DNA of 64,000 nt from a bacterium (lineage in GTDB: Bacteria > DRYD01): contig JBCNVB010000018.1 of the NCBI GenBank assembly GCA_039630415.1, positions 96,001-160,000 on the forward strand, given 5' to 3'. Below, one piece after another: positions 50,845 through 60,723 of this stretch. Position 1 is the first letter of the stretch. Each line of letters begins with the position of its first letter. The notes beneath the pieces were generated by a model that did no database searches, had not been told where the DNA came from, and saw only the letters and a program-made list of their open reading frames with translations. A program made the position numbers and the translations under genes.

Positions 50845-51270
50845 GTGAAGATAGAAGCGTGGTTCTTGTTTTCCATAGCTAGCTTAGTTTTGTGGGGTAT
50901 ATCAGGCTTCCTAATGAAACTGGCAACCTTTAAACTAGACCCTAAAATAGCTTTTATATTTCAATCAATTGGATTAATTGTAGTAACTTGTGTAGTTTAT
51001 TTTACAATAGTAAATATTGGGAGCAATTTTAAAAATGATGTATTGTTCATAATTTTTTCTGTTTTCGCTGGTGTAACAGGTGGTTTGGGTACATTTTTTT
51101 TACTTAAGGCCTACGAAAAGGGTAATTTAGCAACAGTAACAGTTTTAACAGCACTATACCCAGTTATTGCAGTAGCTCTGGGTATACTAATCCTAAAGGA
51201 AAAATTAACAATAACACAGATATTTGCAATCATACTTTCCTTAGTAGCGATAGTGCTTTTTTCGTTGTAA
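50845..51270 (+). CDS. EamA/DMT family small transporter
   Basis: About 5 TM helices; WG...F..K and G..A.V...ALYP..LKE motifs. Confidence 0.88.
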   Translation: MKIEAWFLFSIASLVLWGISGFLMKLATFKLDPKIAFIFQSIGLIVVTCVVYFTIVNIGSNFKNDVLFIIFSVFAGVTGGLGTFFLLKAYEKGNLATVTVLTALYPVIAVALGILILKEKLTITQIFAIILSLVAIVLFSL

Positions 51271-51286
51271 TACTGTAAACAAAAAG

Positions 51287-51311
51287 AGGATGTTTATTTG
51301 AGAAATAGAAT
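51287..51311 (+). promoter_or_regulatory. Candidate promoter for tRNA-Glu (GAGG-N16-TAGAAT)
   Basis: AAGAGG ATGTTTATTTGAGAAA TAGAAT, ending 15 nt before the tRNA. Confidence 0.65.
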
Positions 51312-51326
51312 AATATAACTGAAGAA

Positions 51327-51402
51327 GGCCCTGTCGTCTAGTGGACTAGGACACCGGCCCTTCAAGCCGGAGACACGGGTTCGAATCCCGTCAGGGTCAC
51401 CA
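51327..51402 (+). tRNA. tRNA-Glu (TTC) with C33
   Basis: GGCCCTG/CAGGGTC acceptor, CCGGC-CCTTCAA-GCCGG anticodon arm, short variable loop, TTCGAAT and encoded CCA. Confidence 0.94.
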
Positions 51403-51424
51403 ACCCCATACACCCCAAACCCAC

Positions 51425-52243
51425 ATGCAATGGACCCTATCACAAGATAAATATAACCAATTCTTGAAAATCAATCTCAAACCCAATGATACACTCTATA
51501 TCAAACCTAATCATCTAGTAATGTATCAAGGTAATATATCTATCGAGAATCAAAACTTTAAAAGCAAATTTCTTAATTTCATAAAAGGAATAAAAAATAG
51601 AGATCAAAGAAATCTAATAGAAAGTGTAATTAACTTCTTCATAACTAAAATAACAGCCAACGAAGATACGCAAATTGTTCTTTCAAATACTATTCCAGGA
51701 GACATAACCCCAATAGAAATTAACCAAGATGAAGAGTACATAATAATAGCTGATTATTATGTTGCTCATTATGGAGATATCTGCCTCTCTTTGGAAACAG
51801 AATACATAAAAAAATACCTTTTCTCAAATATCCTTCCAAAACCTAGTTTCTCTACTCTTCGCTCCATCCTATCCCTTAGATCTATCCTTAGAACGATATT
51901 AAAAATAAAAAAAATACCTTTACTACTATTAGAATACCTCCTATCAGAAAAAAATTTTTACTCCTACTTAAAACATCTACTATGCTTATCAGTAAAAGGT
52001 AATGGAATTATTTTTCTAGGAGGATTCGGAACAGTTAAAGAGCTTCAGGTAGATCAAGAAACAATGGTAAATTATTTTCATCTAATAGCTATGAAGAAAA
52101 ATATACCAACATCACAACAAGAAATAGTAAATTTCAACGAAAACCTTTTTCTTAAAATTAATAGTAACTCTAAAATCTATATACAATCCAAAAATTGGAA
52201 TTTATTTAGCAATATAGGTATTGAAAAACAAACAATAAAATGA
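51425..52243 (+). CDS. AIM24 (TIGR00266-like) family protein
   Basis: L.I.L...D, PGDI..IE and V.G.G.IFL.GFG patterns. Confidence 0.7.
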   Translation: MQWTLSQDKYNQFLKINLKPNDTLYIKPNHLVMYQGNISIENQNFKSKFLNFIKGIKNRDQRNLIESVINFFITKITANEDTQIVLSNTIPGDITPIEINQDEEYIIIADYYVAHYGDICLSLETEYIKKYLFSNILPKPSFSTLRSILSLRSILRTILKIKKIPLLLLEYLLSEKNFYSYLKHLLCLSVKGNGIIFLGGFGTVKELQVDQETMVNYFHLIAMKKNIPTSQQEIVNFNENLFLKINSNSKIYIQSKNWNLFSNIGIEKQTIK

Positions 52244-52251
52244 TGTAAAAG

Positions 52252-53688
52252 GTGATGAAGATGAGAAAAATTACACTGATAAAAGGGGACGGTATAGGTA
52301 AAGAAATAAGTGAATCGGTAATTAGAATATTTCAAGCAGCAGAAGTTCCCATAGAATGGGAAGAGATGGAAGCTGGACTAGAATGCTATGAAAAAATAGG
52401 TACCCCACTACCTCAAAAAACCCTAGACTCAATAATAAAAAACAAAGTAGCCCTAAAAGGTCCCACTACCACACCCATAGGTACGGGACACAAAAGCGTA
52501 AACGTAACCATTAGAAAATCACTTGAACTCTTTGCTAATGTTAGACCAGCACGAACTCTACCAGGAATAAATACACGCTTTGGAAATATAGACATTGTCG
52601 TAATAAGAGAAAACATAGAAGATACCTACGGAGCTATAGAACATATGGAAACCCCAGACGTAGCACAAACTCTTAGAATAATAACTAGACAAGGATCATA
52701 TATGATCCACTCTTTCTCTTTCGAATATGCCTTAAAAAATAACAGAAGAAAATTAACCTGTGTTCATAAAGCTAATATCCAAAAAATGTCAGACGGACTA
52801 TTTTTGGAAGTATTTAAACAATTATCAACCCAATATCCTCAAATACAAGCAGAGGACATTATAGTTGACAACCTATGTATGCAATTAGTAACCAATCCCG
52901 AAAGATTTGACGTTTTAGTTTTGCCCAATATATTTGGTGATATAGTAAGTGATTTATGTGCTGGTTTGGTTGGTGGTCTAGGATTAGCACCAAGTGGAAA
53001 TATTGGTAGAAATATAGCAGTTTTTGAAGCAGTTCATGGTTCAGCCCCAGATATAGCAGGTAAAAATCTAGCAAATCCAACCGCCTTTATACTCTCCTCA
53101 ACCATGCTACTAAAACACATAGGTCTTAGATCCTACGCACACAAAATAGAACTAGCACTAAACAATACTTTTAAGCAAGGAATAATGACCAAAGACCTTG
53201 GTGGTAACTACTCAACAACAGAATTCACTAATTCCATCATAAACGAACTTAAAAAAATACAACAAGACAAAACTCAAATATTCCTATCTGATCAAGAACT
53301 ATCCGAAAACCAAGAAATAGAAATCAACTCCCCTCCACCACCAACACCATCCATTAACTGGCAAATAATCGGAATAGACCTATTCATAGAATGGAACCAC
53401 ATACACCACAATGGAAACCAATCTTTACCTAATGTACCTAAAAATTATAAAAACCTAGAGCTCAAGATGATCTCAAACAGAGGTACAAAAATATACCCCC
53501 CACCTACACCAGATATTATCATGGTAAATTGGTTTAGATGCAGATACTTATCTGATACACCCCTAGAATATAAAGATATACTTGAATTCTTAGAAGAAAT
53601 TTCAAAACAGGGAATAAAGTGGATGCACATTGAGATCCTAAGAAAAGAAGGAAGTAAAGAATTGTTTTCTAAAGCACAAGGAGAGTAA
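52252..53688 (+). CDS. icd: Isocitrate dehydrogenase (long form with a C-terminal extra domain)
   Basis: GDGIG.EI, KGPTTTP.G.G.KS.NVT.RK, RENIED.Y, EAVHGSAPDIAG and the C-terminal LKMISNRGTK..FSKAQGE domain. Confidence 0.93.
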   Translation: MMKMRKITLIKGDGIGKEISESVIRIFQAAEVPIEWEEMEAGLECYEKIGTPLPQKTLDSIIKNKVALKGPTTTPIGTGHKSVNVTIRKSLELFANVRPARTLPGINTRFGNIDIVVIRENIEDTYGAIEHMETPDVAQTLRIITRQGSYMIHSFSFEYALKNNRRKLTCVHKANIQKMSDGLFLEVFKQLSTQYPQIQAEDIIVDNLCMQLVTNPERFDVLVLPNIFGDIVSDLCAGLVGGLGLAPSGNIGRNIAVFEAVHGSAPDIAGKNLANPTAFILSSTMLLKHIGLRSYAHKIELALNNTFKQGIMTKDLGGNYSTTEFTNSIINELKKIQQDKTQIFLSDQELSENQEIEINSPPPPTPSINWQIIGIDLFIEWNHIHHNGNQSLPNVPKNYKNLELKMISNRGTKIYPPPTPDIIMVNWFRCRYLSDTPLEYKDILEFLEEISKQGIKWMHIEILRKEGSKELFSKAQGE

Positions 53689-53695
53689 TTAACAC

Positions 53696-55648
53696 CTAAT
53701 TACTGAAAAACACCTTTTTCCAAACAGAGAGATTGATTATCTTCCAAATTTTATTTGTATCAACTTCAGATTTATAACAAACTGCCAGAAATCTATCAAC
53801 ATTGATATAGTTCCTAATAAACTCATAATCAATAAGATTAGTAAAAAAGGATAAATTATTTGATATCCATTGATTTTGAGGAGTTTGGAAACCAATTTTG
53901 TCAATTCTATTAATAGTTTGAAAAGGTAGTATATCCTTCAAAGCTACTCGTAGAATGTATTTACTTAAACCGTTATGAATTTTATAAGCTGTTGGCAAAC
54001 TAAACATGAAGTTTATAAGTTTTACGGAATCAGAAAAAGGAGCACGAGCTTCAATCGAAAATCTCATAGAATTTCTATCTTCATACCTCAATAAGTTAAC
54101 CAAACCTAAAGTTAGTTGCTTGTATAAATGCTCGTTTAAAAGCTCCACTGGATACTTCCAAAAATCTTTCAATTTATCCCTAATTGCTAGCATAGCTTCA
54201 TCAGTAAAAGTATACTCTGTACCAAGATAATTACTTAAGTTTTTAAATTGACTATGCTTAGTGTTAAAAGAAAAAATGTGTTTTAGACTTTTTCTCAAAA
54301 TTCTCCATAGATGTCTGTAACTAAAAGGCACCTTTTTGAAATTTAACAATAGATTGAAAATTTTAAAAAAATCATAGTTTCTAACGATTTCTTTTAAGAA
54401 AGACTCATAAAATCCATGATAACCTGTGAATATTTCGTCTCCTCCTTGCCCATCCAGCATTACTTTGATACCGTTAATACTAGCTAACTGCATTACCTTG
54501 TACTGAGCATAAATAGATGTTGAACCAAAAGGTATATCTTGGTAATAAACCAACTCTTCTAAATCTTTTATTAGTTCCTCAAAACTAGGAGTTGTTTTGT
54601 AAGATTCAACATTAGTTTTACTAACTATAATATTTATCCATTTGCTTTCATCTATTGAATAGTTAGGGAAAACTGCACTAAATACTTTCTGTCTTTGACC
54701 TATGCAAGATATACTCTCTCCTTTTAATATCTCATTTATTACACATACAATCGTGCTGCTATCCAATCCACCACTTAAACAAGAACCCACTGGAACATCA
54801 GATATCAATCTTGACCTGATAACTTCAAAAATCAACTCTTTTAATTTCTTAGAGTAACTAGCTAGTTTTGATTTATCAAATTTTTCATAGTTAGAGTTAT
54901 ACTGTACGTCAAAATATCGCCAAATTTTCAAATGATTTGTATTCAAGTCAAGAATAAAATTATGTGAAGGTAAAAGCTGAAATATTCCCCTGAAGAAAGA
55001 TTCAGGAACTTGTTCTTCAATATCCATCAACAAATAATCCAATACTAATTCGTGATTAATTTGCTTTGAATATAGATTACTCTTTACAATAGCTTTGATT
55101 TCAGAAGCAAAAATAAAATAATCTTTGTTGTGGAAAAAATAAAGTGGCTTAACTCCGGTTCTATCTCTAGAACCAAACAAAATTTTTTTATCTATGTCAA
55201 GTATGACAAATGCCCACATCCCATCCAGAAAGTTAACGCAATCACACCCCCACTCCTTATAAGAATTAACTATTACCTCAGTGTCAGTGTTACTTTTAAA
55301 AATGTAACCCTTACTTTGTAATTTACTTTTTAGTTCAAGATAGTTGTATATTTCTCCATTGAACACGATCCAGATTTTTTGATCAACATCTGACATAGGT
55401 TGATGTCCGCATATAGATAAGTCTATTATTGATAATCTTCTATGTCCGAAAAACAAGTTGGCTTGCTTTTGGTATACTCTCTCTGCTTGAATTTTACTAT
55501 CCCGACCCGCTAGAGGTATTACTTTAGCAAAATCGAAAAGAATATACCCTTCATCATCAGGTCCCCTATGAGAAAGCAAATAGCACATTTGAACTATATG
55601 TTCAGAATCTACGGGTTTAACACTGTAAATACCACAAATCCCACACAT
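53696..55648 (-). CDS. asnB: Asparagine synthase (glutamine-hydrolysing) family amidotransferase, WbpS-like
   Basis: MCGI.G, HRGPD, NGEIYNY, CLSGGLDSS, DGQGGDE and LLRYEDRNSM motifs. Confidence 0.92.
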   Translation of the reverse strand: MCGICGIYSVKPVDSEHIVQMCYLLSHRGPDDEGYILFDFAKVIPLAGRDSKIQAERVYQKQANLFFGHRRLSIIDLSICGHQPMSDVDQKIWIVFNGEIYNYLELKSKLQSKGYIFKSNTDTEVIVNSYKEWGCDCVNFLDGMWAFVILDIDKKILFGSRDRTGVKPLYFFHNKDYFIFASEIKAIVKSNLYSKQINHELVLDYLLMDIEEQVPESFFRGIFQLLPSHNFILDLNTNHLKIWRYFDVQYNSNYEKFDKSKLASYSKKLKELIFEVIRSRLISDVPVGSCLSGGLDSSTIVCVINEILKGESISCIGQRQKVFSAVFPNYSIDESKWINIIVSKTNVESYKTTPSFEELIKDLEELVYYQDIPFGSTSIYAQYKVMQLASINGIKVMLDGQGGDEIFTGYHGFYESFLKEIVRNYDFFKIFNLLLNFKKVPFSYRHLWRILRKSLKHIFSFNTKHSQFKNLSNYLGTEYTFTDEAMLAIRDKLKDFWKYPVELLNEHLYKQLTLGLVNLLRYEDRNSMRFSIEARAPFSDSVKLINFMFSLPTAYKIHNGLSKYILRVALKDILPFQTINRIDKIGFQTPQNQWISNNLSFFTNLIDYEFIRNYINVDRFLAVCYKSEVDTNKIWKIINLSVWKKVFFSN

Positions 55649-55663
55649 TAAATTTAGATTCTG

Positions 55664-56458
55664 CTAGATTCTTAGAATTTGATTAAGAGCAGTTTTTATA
55701 TCGGTTGATTTTTTTCTTTTTCCGATAATAAGAGCGGCTGATATACCGTATTGCCTATCATCAACCTGTTTGAGATAATTACCTGGTATAACGATAGAGT
55801 TTTCGGGTATTTCAGATTGGTAGATTTGTCCAGTGTTTATATCTATAATTTTGGTTCCAGAGGTGATAGATACATTTGCTGCTAGTACAGCTCCCCTTCT
55901 TATTATTGTTCCTTCCACAATAACACACCTTGACCCTATGAAGCAGTCATCTTCAATTATAACTGGCATAGCAGAAGGTGGTTCTAGAACTCCACCTATA
56001 CCAACCCCACCAGCCAAGTGTACATTTCTACCTATTTGAGCACAAGATCCCACAGTAACCCATGTATCTACCATCGTTCCACTACCTATGTATGCACCAA
56101 TATTTATAAAAGAAGGCATTATAACACATCCTTCTTCAATAAAACTACCATACCTTATAATAGCACCAGGAACAACTCTATATTTATAATTCAACTTCTT
56201 GAGCCTTATTTTATCAAAATACTCAAACTTACCAGACTTGATTTTCTTTGAATCAGAAATAACAAAATATAGCAATATGGCTTTTTTAACATATTCATTT
56301 ACTATCCATTCATCGTCTTTTTTTTGTGCAACTCTTATCTTACCTTCGTCAAGAAGTTTTATAGCTTTTTGTATATGTTTCTTGAATTTATGCTTTATTT
56401 CCAAAGGATCTTTGTTTTTAGAAAAAATTTCCCAAGCTAATTCTATTGAATCTTGCAT
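55664..56458 (-). CDS. dapD: Tetrahydrodipicolinate N-succinyltransferase
   Basis: KKAILLYF, RVVP, MVDTW.TVGSCAQIG and GGVLEP motifs. Confidence 0.95.
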   Translation of the reverse strand: MQDSIELAWEIFSKNKDPLEIKHKFKKHIQKAIKLLDEGKIRVAQKKDDEWIVNEYVKKAILLYFVISDSKKIKSGKFEYFDKIRLKKLNYKYRVVPGAIIRYGSFIEEGCVIMPSFINIGAYIGSGTMVDTWVTVGSCAQIGRNVHLAGGVGIGGVLEPPSAMPVIIEDDCFIGSRCVIVEGTIIRRGAVLAANVSITSGTKIIDINTGQIYQSEIPENSIVIPGNYLKQVDDRQYGISAALIIGKRKKSTDIKTALNQILRI

Positions 56459-56471
56459 AACTATCCCCCAA

Positions 56472-56939
56472 TTAGATTTCTTTAGTTTTTTTCATTAGCA
56501 AAGCATCTACTTTACCATAATAATTTTTTCTTTTTCCTATAACACTAAATCCAAATTTTTTATAAAGATTTATAGCTACAATATTCATTTCTGAAACTTC
56601 GAGATATATTTCTCTTACTCCTTTGAAAAAGAGAACTCCCAGATTAAATGATAATATTTTTTTTCCAATTCCTTTGAATCTGTAGTCTTTATCCACTATT
56701 ATTTTGAGAATATCAGCATGATCATAACTTATGGAAGATAGACAAAATGCTATGATTCTGAAAGTTTTAGCAAGAGTTAATACAACATTAGGTCTACAAA
56801 TGAGAGCTATATAATCTTCTCTACTCCAGCAAAAATACAATTCGTTATATCCTTCTTGAGTGAATTGACTATCTATGTAAAGTATGTCTTCGATATCTTG
56901 TGAACAAATGGTATACGAGTTGGCATTGTATACAAACAT
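56472..56939 (-). CDS. rimI: GNAT acetyltransferase, RimI-like
   Basis: R.KGIG, LEVSE.N..AI.LY.KFGF..IG.RKNYY...DA..M pattern. Confidence 0.85.
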   Translation of the reverse strand: MFVYNANSYTICSQDIEDILYIDSQFTQEGYNELYFCWSREDYIALICRPNVVLTLAKTFRIIAFCLSSISYDHADILKIIVDKDYRFKGIGKKILSFNLGVLFFKGVREIYLEVSEMNIVAINLYKKFGFSVIGKRKNYYGKVDALLMKKTKEI

Positions 56940-56946
56940 GTTGACA

Positions 56947-57387
56947 TCAAAGTATGTATTTAAGTGCCTTGGATAGTAATTCTTTTTCTTCTGGGTAAGA
57001 CAACATGTTATATGCTTCTTCGACAGTAACCCATTTCATTTCTTGAATTTCCTGATTTGGTATAAACTTCTCATTTTTGGAGATTTTTAGAAGATAAAAA
57101 TGTACTTCTTTATCATAAAAAACCTTTTCGTGGGAAGAGTAGTATGAATAATTGACAACACCGATTTTTCTTATGACTTTAGAAATTATACCTGTTTCTT
57201 CCCTAACTTCTCTGATAACTGCGTGTTCCATCGATTCATTTTGCTCAATTCTACCTCTAGGAAATATCCAAATATCTCTACCTTTACGCTTAACAATACA
57301 TACCATTGTTTGGTTTCCGTTTTTCCAAAAAATAATTCCCCCTGCTGAGATAATTTTTTTAGATTTTCTATTTTTGTCAGAATCCAT
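56947..57387 (-). CDS. NUDIX hydrolase (Ap4A hydrolase-like)
   Basis: SAGG and the Nudix box GRIEQNESMEHAVIREVREETG. Confidence 0.92.
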   Translation of the reverse strand: MDSDKNRKSKKIISAGGIIFWKNGNQTMVCIVKRKGRDIWIFPRGRIEQNESMEHAVIREVREETGIISKVIRKIGVVNYSYYSSHEKVFYDKEVHFYLLKISKNEKFIPNQEIQEMKWVTVEEAYNMLSYPEEKELLSKALKYIL

Positions 57388-57402
57388 CCTTAATATATTA
57401 GT

Positions 57403-57426
57403 TTTCTATCAAGGGCTAAAAAACCT
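57403..57426 (-). promoter_or_regulatory. Candidate promoter for the NUDIX-rimI-dapD-asnB unit (AAGG-N15-TAGAAA)
   Basis: Minus strand reads TAAAGG TTTTTTAGCCCTTGA TAGAAA. Confidence 0.5.
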
Positions 57427-57439
57427 TTAATATCTATGG

Positions 57440-57465
57440 AGGTTTGGTTATTGTTTTTGTATAAT
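57440..57465 (+). promoter_or_regulatory. Candidate promoter for tmRNA (GAGG-N17-TATAAT)
   Basis: TGGAGG TTTGGTTATTGTTTTTG TATAAT, ending 13 nt before ssrA. Confidence 0.65.
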
Positions 57466-57478
57466 AAATTAATGGGAC

Positions 57479-57821
57479 GGGGGTGAAGAAAGGGTTCGAC
57501 GGTGGAAGTAAGGTTAAGCTCCTGCAGGCCGTTGCTTGCGTTTCGTTAAACGCAAGAGTAAAAAAAACGCCGAAGAACTCGCACTCGCCGCATAGTAAAA
57601 TGCGGGCTTGTTCGTGCCGACACCCTCTAAGCACGAATGGGTAAGAAGCAGAGGGTGTAGGTCTAAGTTGCTCCTCCCAACTTAGACCGAAATAAACCGG
57701 AGGATAGGTTATCCAAAGGTTTGTCGGTTTACCAGGATAACCAAAACCAAAAACCGACTAAGCCTGTAGTAGGACTTGGTCTGCTCCACCGGACGTGGGT
57801 TCAACTCCCACCACCTCCACC
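57479..57821 (+). ncRNA. ssrA: tmRNA; tag peptide (A)AEELALAA**
   Basis: GGGGGTG...CACCTCC-A acceptor with G3-U70, GGTTCGAC 5' motif, GTGGG-TTCAACT-CCCAC T arm and tag ORF 57569-57598 ending ALAA TAG TAA. Confidence 0.96.
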
Positions 57822-58918
57822 TAAAAACTAAAACCCTCCAAAACCTCATATATCCTCCTAGAAACATCTAAATAACCAAAATATTTCTTCACTAATCCAC
57901 CAGAAATACCTATACCCGAAGTATAGCTATTCTCAAATGCTTTTGACAGTTTTTCTTCAAAATCATAATCAAACGGAGAAACAAGAATATTAGCTTTACA
58001 TTCAATAGTCTCAATCCATTCAGTTTCTGTTCTTAAAGTTATACATGGAACACCAAAGTAAAAAGCTTCTTTTTGCACACCACCAGAATCAGTAACTATA
58101 ACCTTTGCATGTTTCTCCATAATTAACATCGTAAAATAAGATATAGGTTCCATAACTTTTACGACATTAAAGTTAATACCCATCTTATCTAAATTTTTTC
58201 TAGTGCGAGGATGTACTGGAAATATTACATCTATGCAAAACGTCCTTTCAATAGTTTCAATTATTCTCCTAAGAATACTAATATCATCAACATTTTCTGC
58301 TCTATGTAGAGTCATTAGGACATATTCTTTGTTCAGATACTTGCCCAACCCTTGATCTATATGGATTAATTTTTCATACTTACTTTCAAAAATTTTAATC
58401 ATTTCAATCATCAAGTCGCCAACCCAAAATACATCTTGATTTATACCTTCCTTCCTTAAGTTTCTGATTGAGTTTTTAGTAGGACATAGCAAAATATCGG
58501 ATAGATGATCAGTAACAACTCTATTTATTTCTTCTTGCATTTTCTTGTTATAGCTTCTCAATCCTGCTTCTACATGTGCAAGAGTAAGATTCATTTTAGA
58601 AGCTGCAATAGCAGCGGAAATAGTTGAGTTAGTATCTCCATAAACCACAACTATATCCGGCTTTTCAATTTCAAAAACTTTCTCTATTTTTCTGATTATT
58701 TCAGCTACTTGATAGTTGTTAGTTCCCGATCCAACTCCAAGATGGTAAGCAGGTTCAGGTAATCCTAACTCCTTAAAGAAAATTTCACTCATGTTAAAAT
58801 CATAGTGTTGCCCCGTATGAACTACCTTGTGATTAAAGTTATTGGATTTATTAATAAACAGAGGAGCTATTTTTATAAACTGTGGTCTTGCTCCAACTAC
58901 ACTTAATAACTTCTTCAT
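57821..58918 (-). CDS. wecB: Non-hydrolysing UDP-GlcNAc 2-epimerase (WecB/WbpI family)
   Basis: VGARPQFIK, HTGQHYD, GDTNST, HVEAGLRS, DSGGVQKEA and RTETEW motifs. Confidence 0.93.
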   Translation of the reverse strand: MKKLLSVVGARPQFIKIAPLFINKSNNFNHKVVHTGQHYDFNMSEIFFKELGLPEPAYHLGVGSGTNNYQVAEIIRKIEKVFEIEKPDIVVVYGDTNSTISAAIAASKMNLTLAHVEAGLRSYNKKMQEEINRVVTDHLSDILLCPTKNSIRNLRKEGINQDVFWVGDLMIEMIKIFESKYEKLIHIDQGLGKYLNKEYVLMTLHRAENVDDISILRRIIETIERTFCIDVIFPVHPRTRKNLDKMGINFNVVKVMEPISYFTMLIMEKHAKVIVTDSGGVQKEAFYFGVPCITLRTETEWIETIECKANILVSPFDYDFEEKLSKAFENSYTSGIGISGGLVKKYFGYLDVSRRIYEVLEGFSF

Positions 58919-59403
58919 TGAGCATTAGTTGAACTTTCAAAAACAAAATCGACAACTCCAGCTAAACTAATTATATCCCCAACTTTAATCTCATACTCTT
59001 TATTGGGTTGTAACTTTTGACTATTTAAAAAAGTATTGTTAGTTGAGTCTAGATCTATTACATACCATTTGCCTTCCTTGAATATAAACTGACAATGAAA
59101 TCTTGATACTAATTTATTGTCCTGAATTTTTGATATTATTTCACTTGCCACTGACTTTCTACCTACTATATCTCCACTCTTCAGTTTTACTGTTTCCTGG
59201 GAATTCTGAAGTTTTAAAATTAAAATATTATCCCTCTTAGTAGTTTTTCTTTCTTGTTCTTGAGTTTGTTCTTGAGTTTCTGATTGCTGAACAGTAGATA
59301 AATCAACTATTTTAACAGACGCTATATCAGACATACAACTTACACAGAGAATTTCATTAGGTTTATTGTGATACCCACAAGCAGGACAAACTTTTACTAA
59401 CAT
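58915..59403 (-). CDS. Zinc-ribbon plus FHA domain protein
   Basis: CPAC...CVSC, then GR, VSR.H and DLDSTNNTFLN. Confidence 0.88.
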   Translation of the reverse strand: MLVKVCPACGYHNKPNEILCVSCMSDIASVKIVDLSTVQQSETQEQTQEQERKTTKRDNILILKLQNSQETVKLKSGDIVGRKSVASEIISKIQDNKLVSRFHCQFIFKEGKWYVIDLDSTNNTFLNSQKLQPNKEYEIKVGDIISLAGVVDFVFESSTNAQ

Positions 59404-59415
59404 TACTAGATCAAA

Positions 59416-60723
59416 TCAATTATCAAGTAAGCTCTTTAAGACAAATCTCATGTTATTGACTTTATACACTACAGAACCATAAGATAAGTAATCAGGATTA
59501 TACAAATAAATCTTATGTTTTTCTTTTCCAACCAATTCTATCGTGTATAATTCATACTTAGAATTTAAAGGATTAGTATCGAATTTTTTGTGATACTCTA
59601 AATCTCTCAAAGTATTAATTAACATATTAACGAGCGATGTTTTCTCCTCATTTTTAGGAGAAAACCAGTTACCCTCTTTTTTGATAAACTTAAATTTTGC
59701 TCTAGAATCTGAAACATATAATGTATCAAAATCATCAAAGTTCTCTATGTAATAGCTAAAAATCTTTTTTTCAATCATTTGCTTATTAAGCCACTCTTTC
59801 ACCTCAAAGCTAGGTAAAATCAATACGTACTTTCTATATGAACATATGACAGCAAAACCATCTTTGTCATACTCGTAAATTTGTATCGCATACTCTTTTT
59901 TATCATTTGTAATCACTTTTATGTTTGCAACTAATTTTTTGCTAGTAACTTTCTTTTGATTCTGTTGATAAGGTATAGCCTGCTTGAAATCATAGTTGTT
60001 AAGCACTGCAAAAAGAGAGTTAATATAATCTCGCGATACTAGAGTTCCATCTGAAACCTTCCATATTATCTTGCTTTGATCTTCTTCAAGATCCTTTTTC
60101 TTCACCTTTTTTATCTCTTCTTTGTATATAACTTGGTTGTTAACAATTAGCTTATTAACATTTTGCTGATCAATGTTTAACACTTTTTTCATTCGAAACT
60201 CATCTATAGTTTTATCCAGATAATTGAAATCCCAATAACTTACAACATAGATTTTATGTTTGTAAATTGGATGATTTACCCACAGATAGGTTTCACTCGT
60301 AAAATCATTCTTTATTCCTCTTTTTACATGATACAGTTCTTTATTATATGTAAAGTAGACATCGATCGAAGTTTTGAAAAATTGATTATAGTATTCTTTC
60401 GAAAAAGGAATAACCTCGTTGACCGTAGGTTGGTAAATACTAGAGATTATATTGTCAACCATATAACTATAAGCTATATCATCAATTGGATAAACAAACC
60501 AGAATTCGTTTTTCTTCACCAATTCTATTCTAGATTTTTTCGAAGAAGAGTTGTATATTATCAGAGTGGATATAATTTTTTTGTCCAATTTTTTTTCAAA
60601 GATTGTTTTTTCAAGCTGTTCTTTCTTAGTTTTTGAATAATCTTTGTAGTACTGTAATCCCAACAAGATGGTTAGTATTGCAAGAATTATGGTTATTATT
60701 ATAGTAAAACTACTTTGATACAT
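59416..60723 (-). CDS. DUF4340-like membrane-anchored protein
   Basis: One TM helix and repeated K...W modules; sits next to a GldG-like gene as expected for this family. Confidence 0.65.
   Translation of the reverse strand: MYQSSFTIIITIILAILTILLGLQYYKDYSKTKKEQLEKTIFEKKLDKKIISTLIIYNSSSKKSRIELVKKNEFWFVYPIDDIAYSYMVDNIISSIYQPTVNEVIPFSKEYYNQFFKTSIDVYFTYNKELYHVKRGIKNDFTSETYLWVNHPIYKHKIYVVSYWDFNYLDKTIDEFRMKKVLNIDQQNVNKLIVNNQVIYKEEIKKVKKKDLEEDQSKIIWKVSDGTLVSRDYINSLFAVLNNYDFKQAIPYQQNQKKVTSKKLVANIKVITNDKKEYAIQIYEYDKDGFAVICSYRKYVLILPSFEVKEWLNKQMIEKKIFSYYIENFDDFDTLYVSDSRAKFKFIKKEGNWFSPKNEEKTSLVNMLINTLRDLEYHKKFDTNPLNSKYELYTIELVGKEKHKIYLYNPDYLSYGSVVYKVNNMRFVLKSLLDN

Noticed and set aside
57434-57634. 66-aa minus-strand ORF
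   Set aside because: Antisense to the tmRNA and its candidate promoter.
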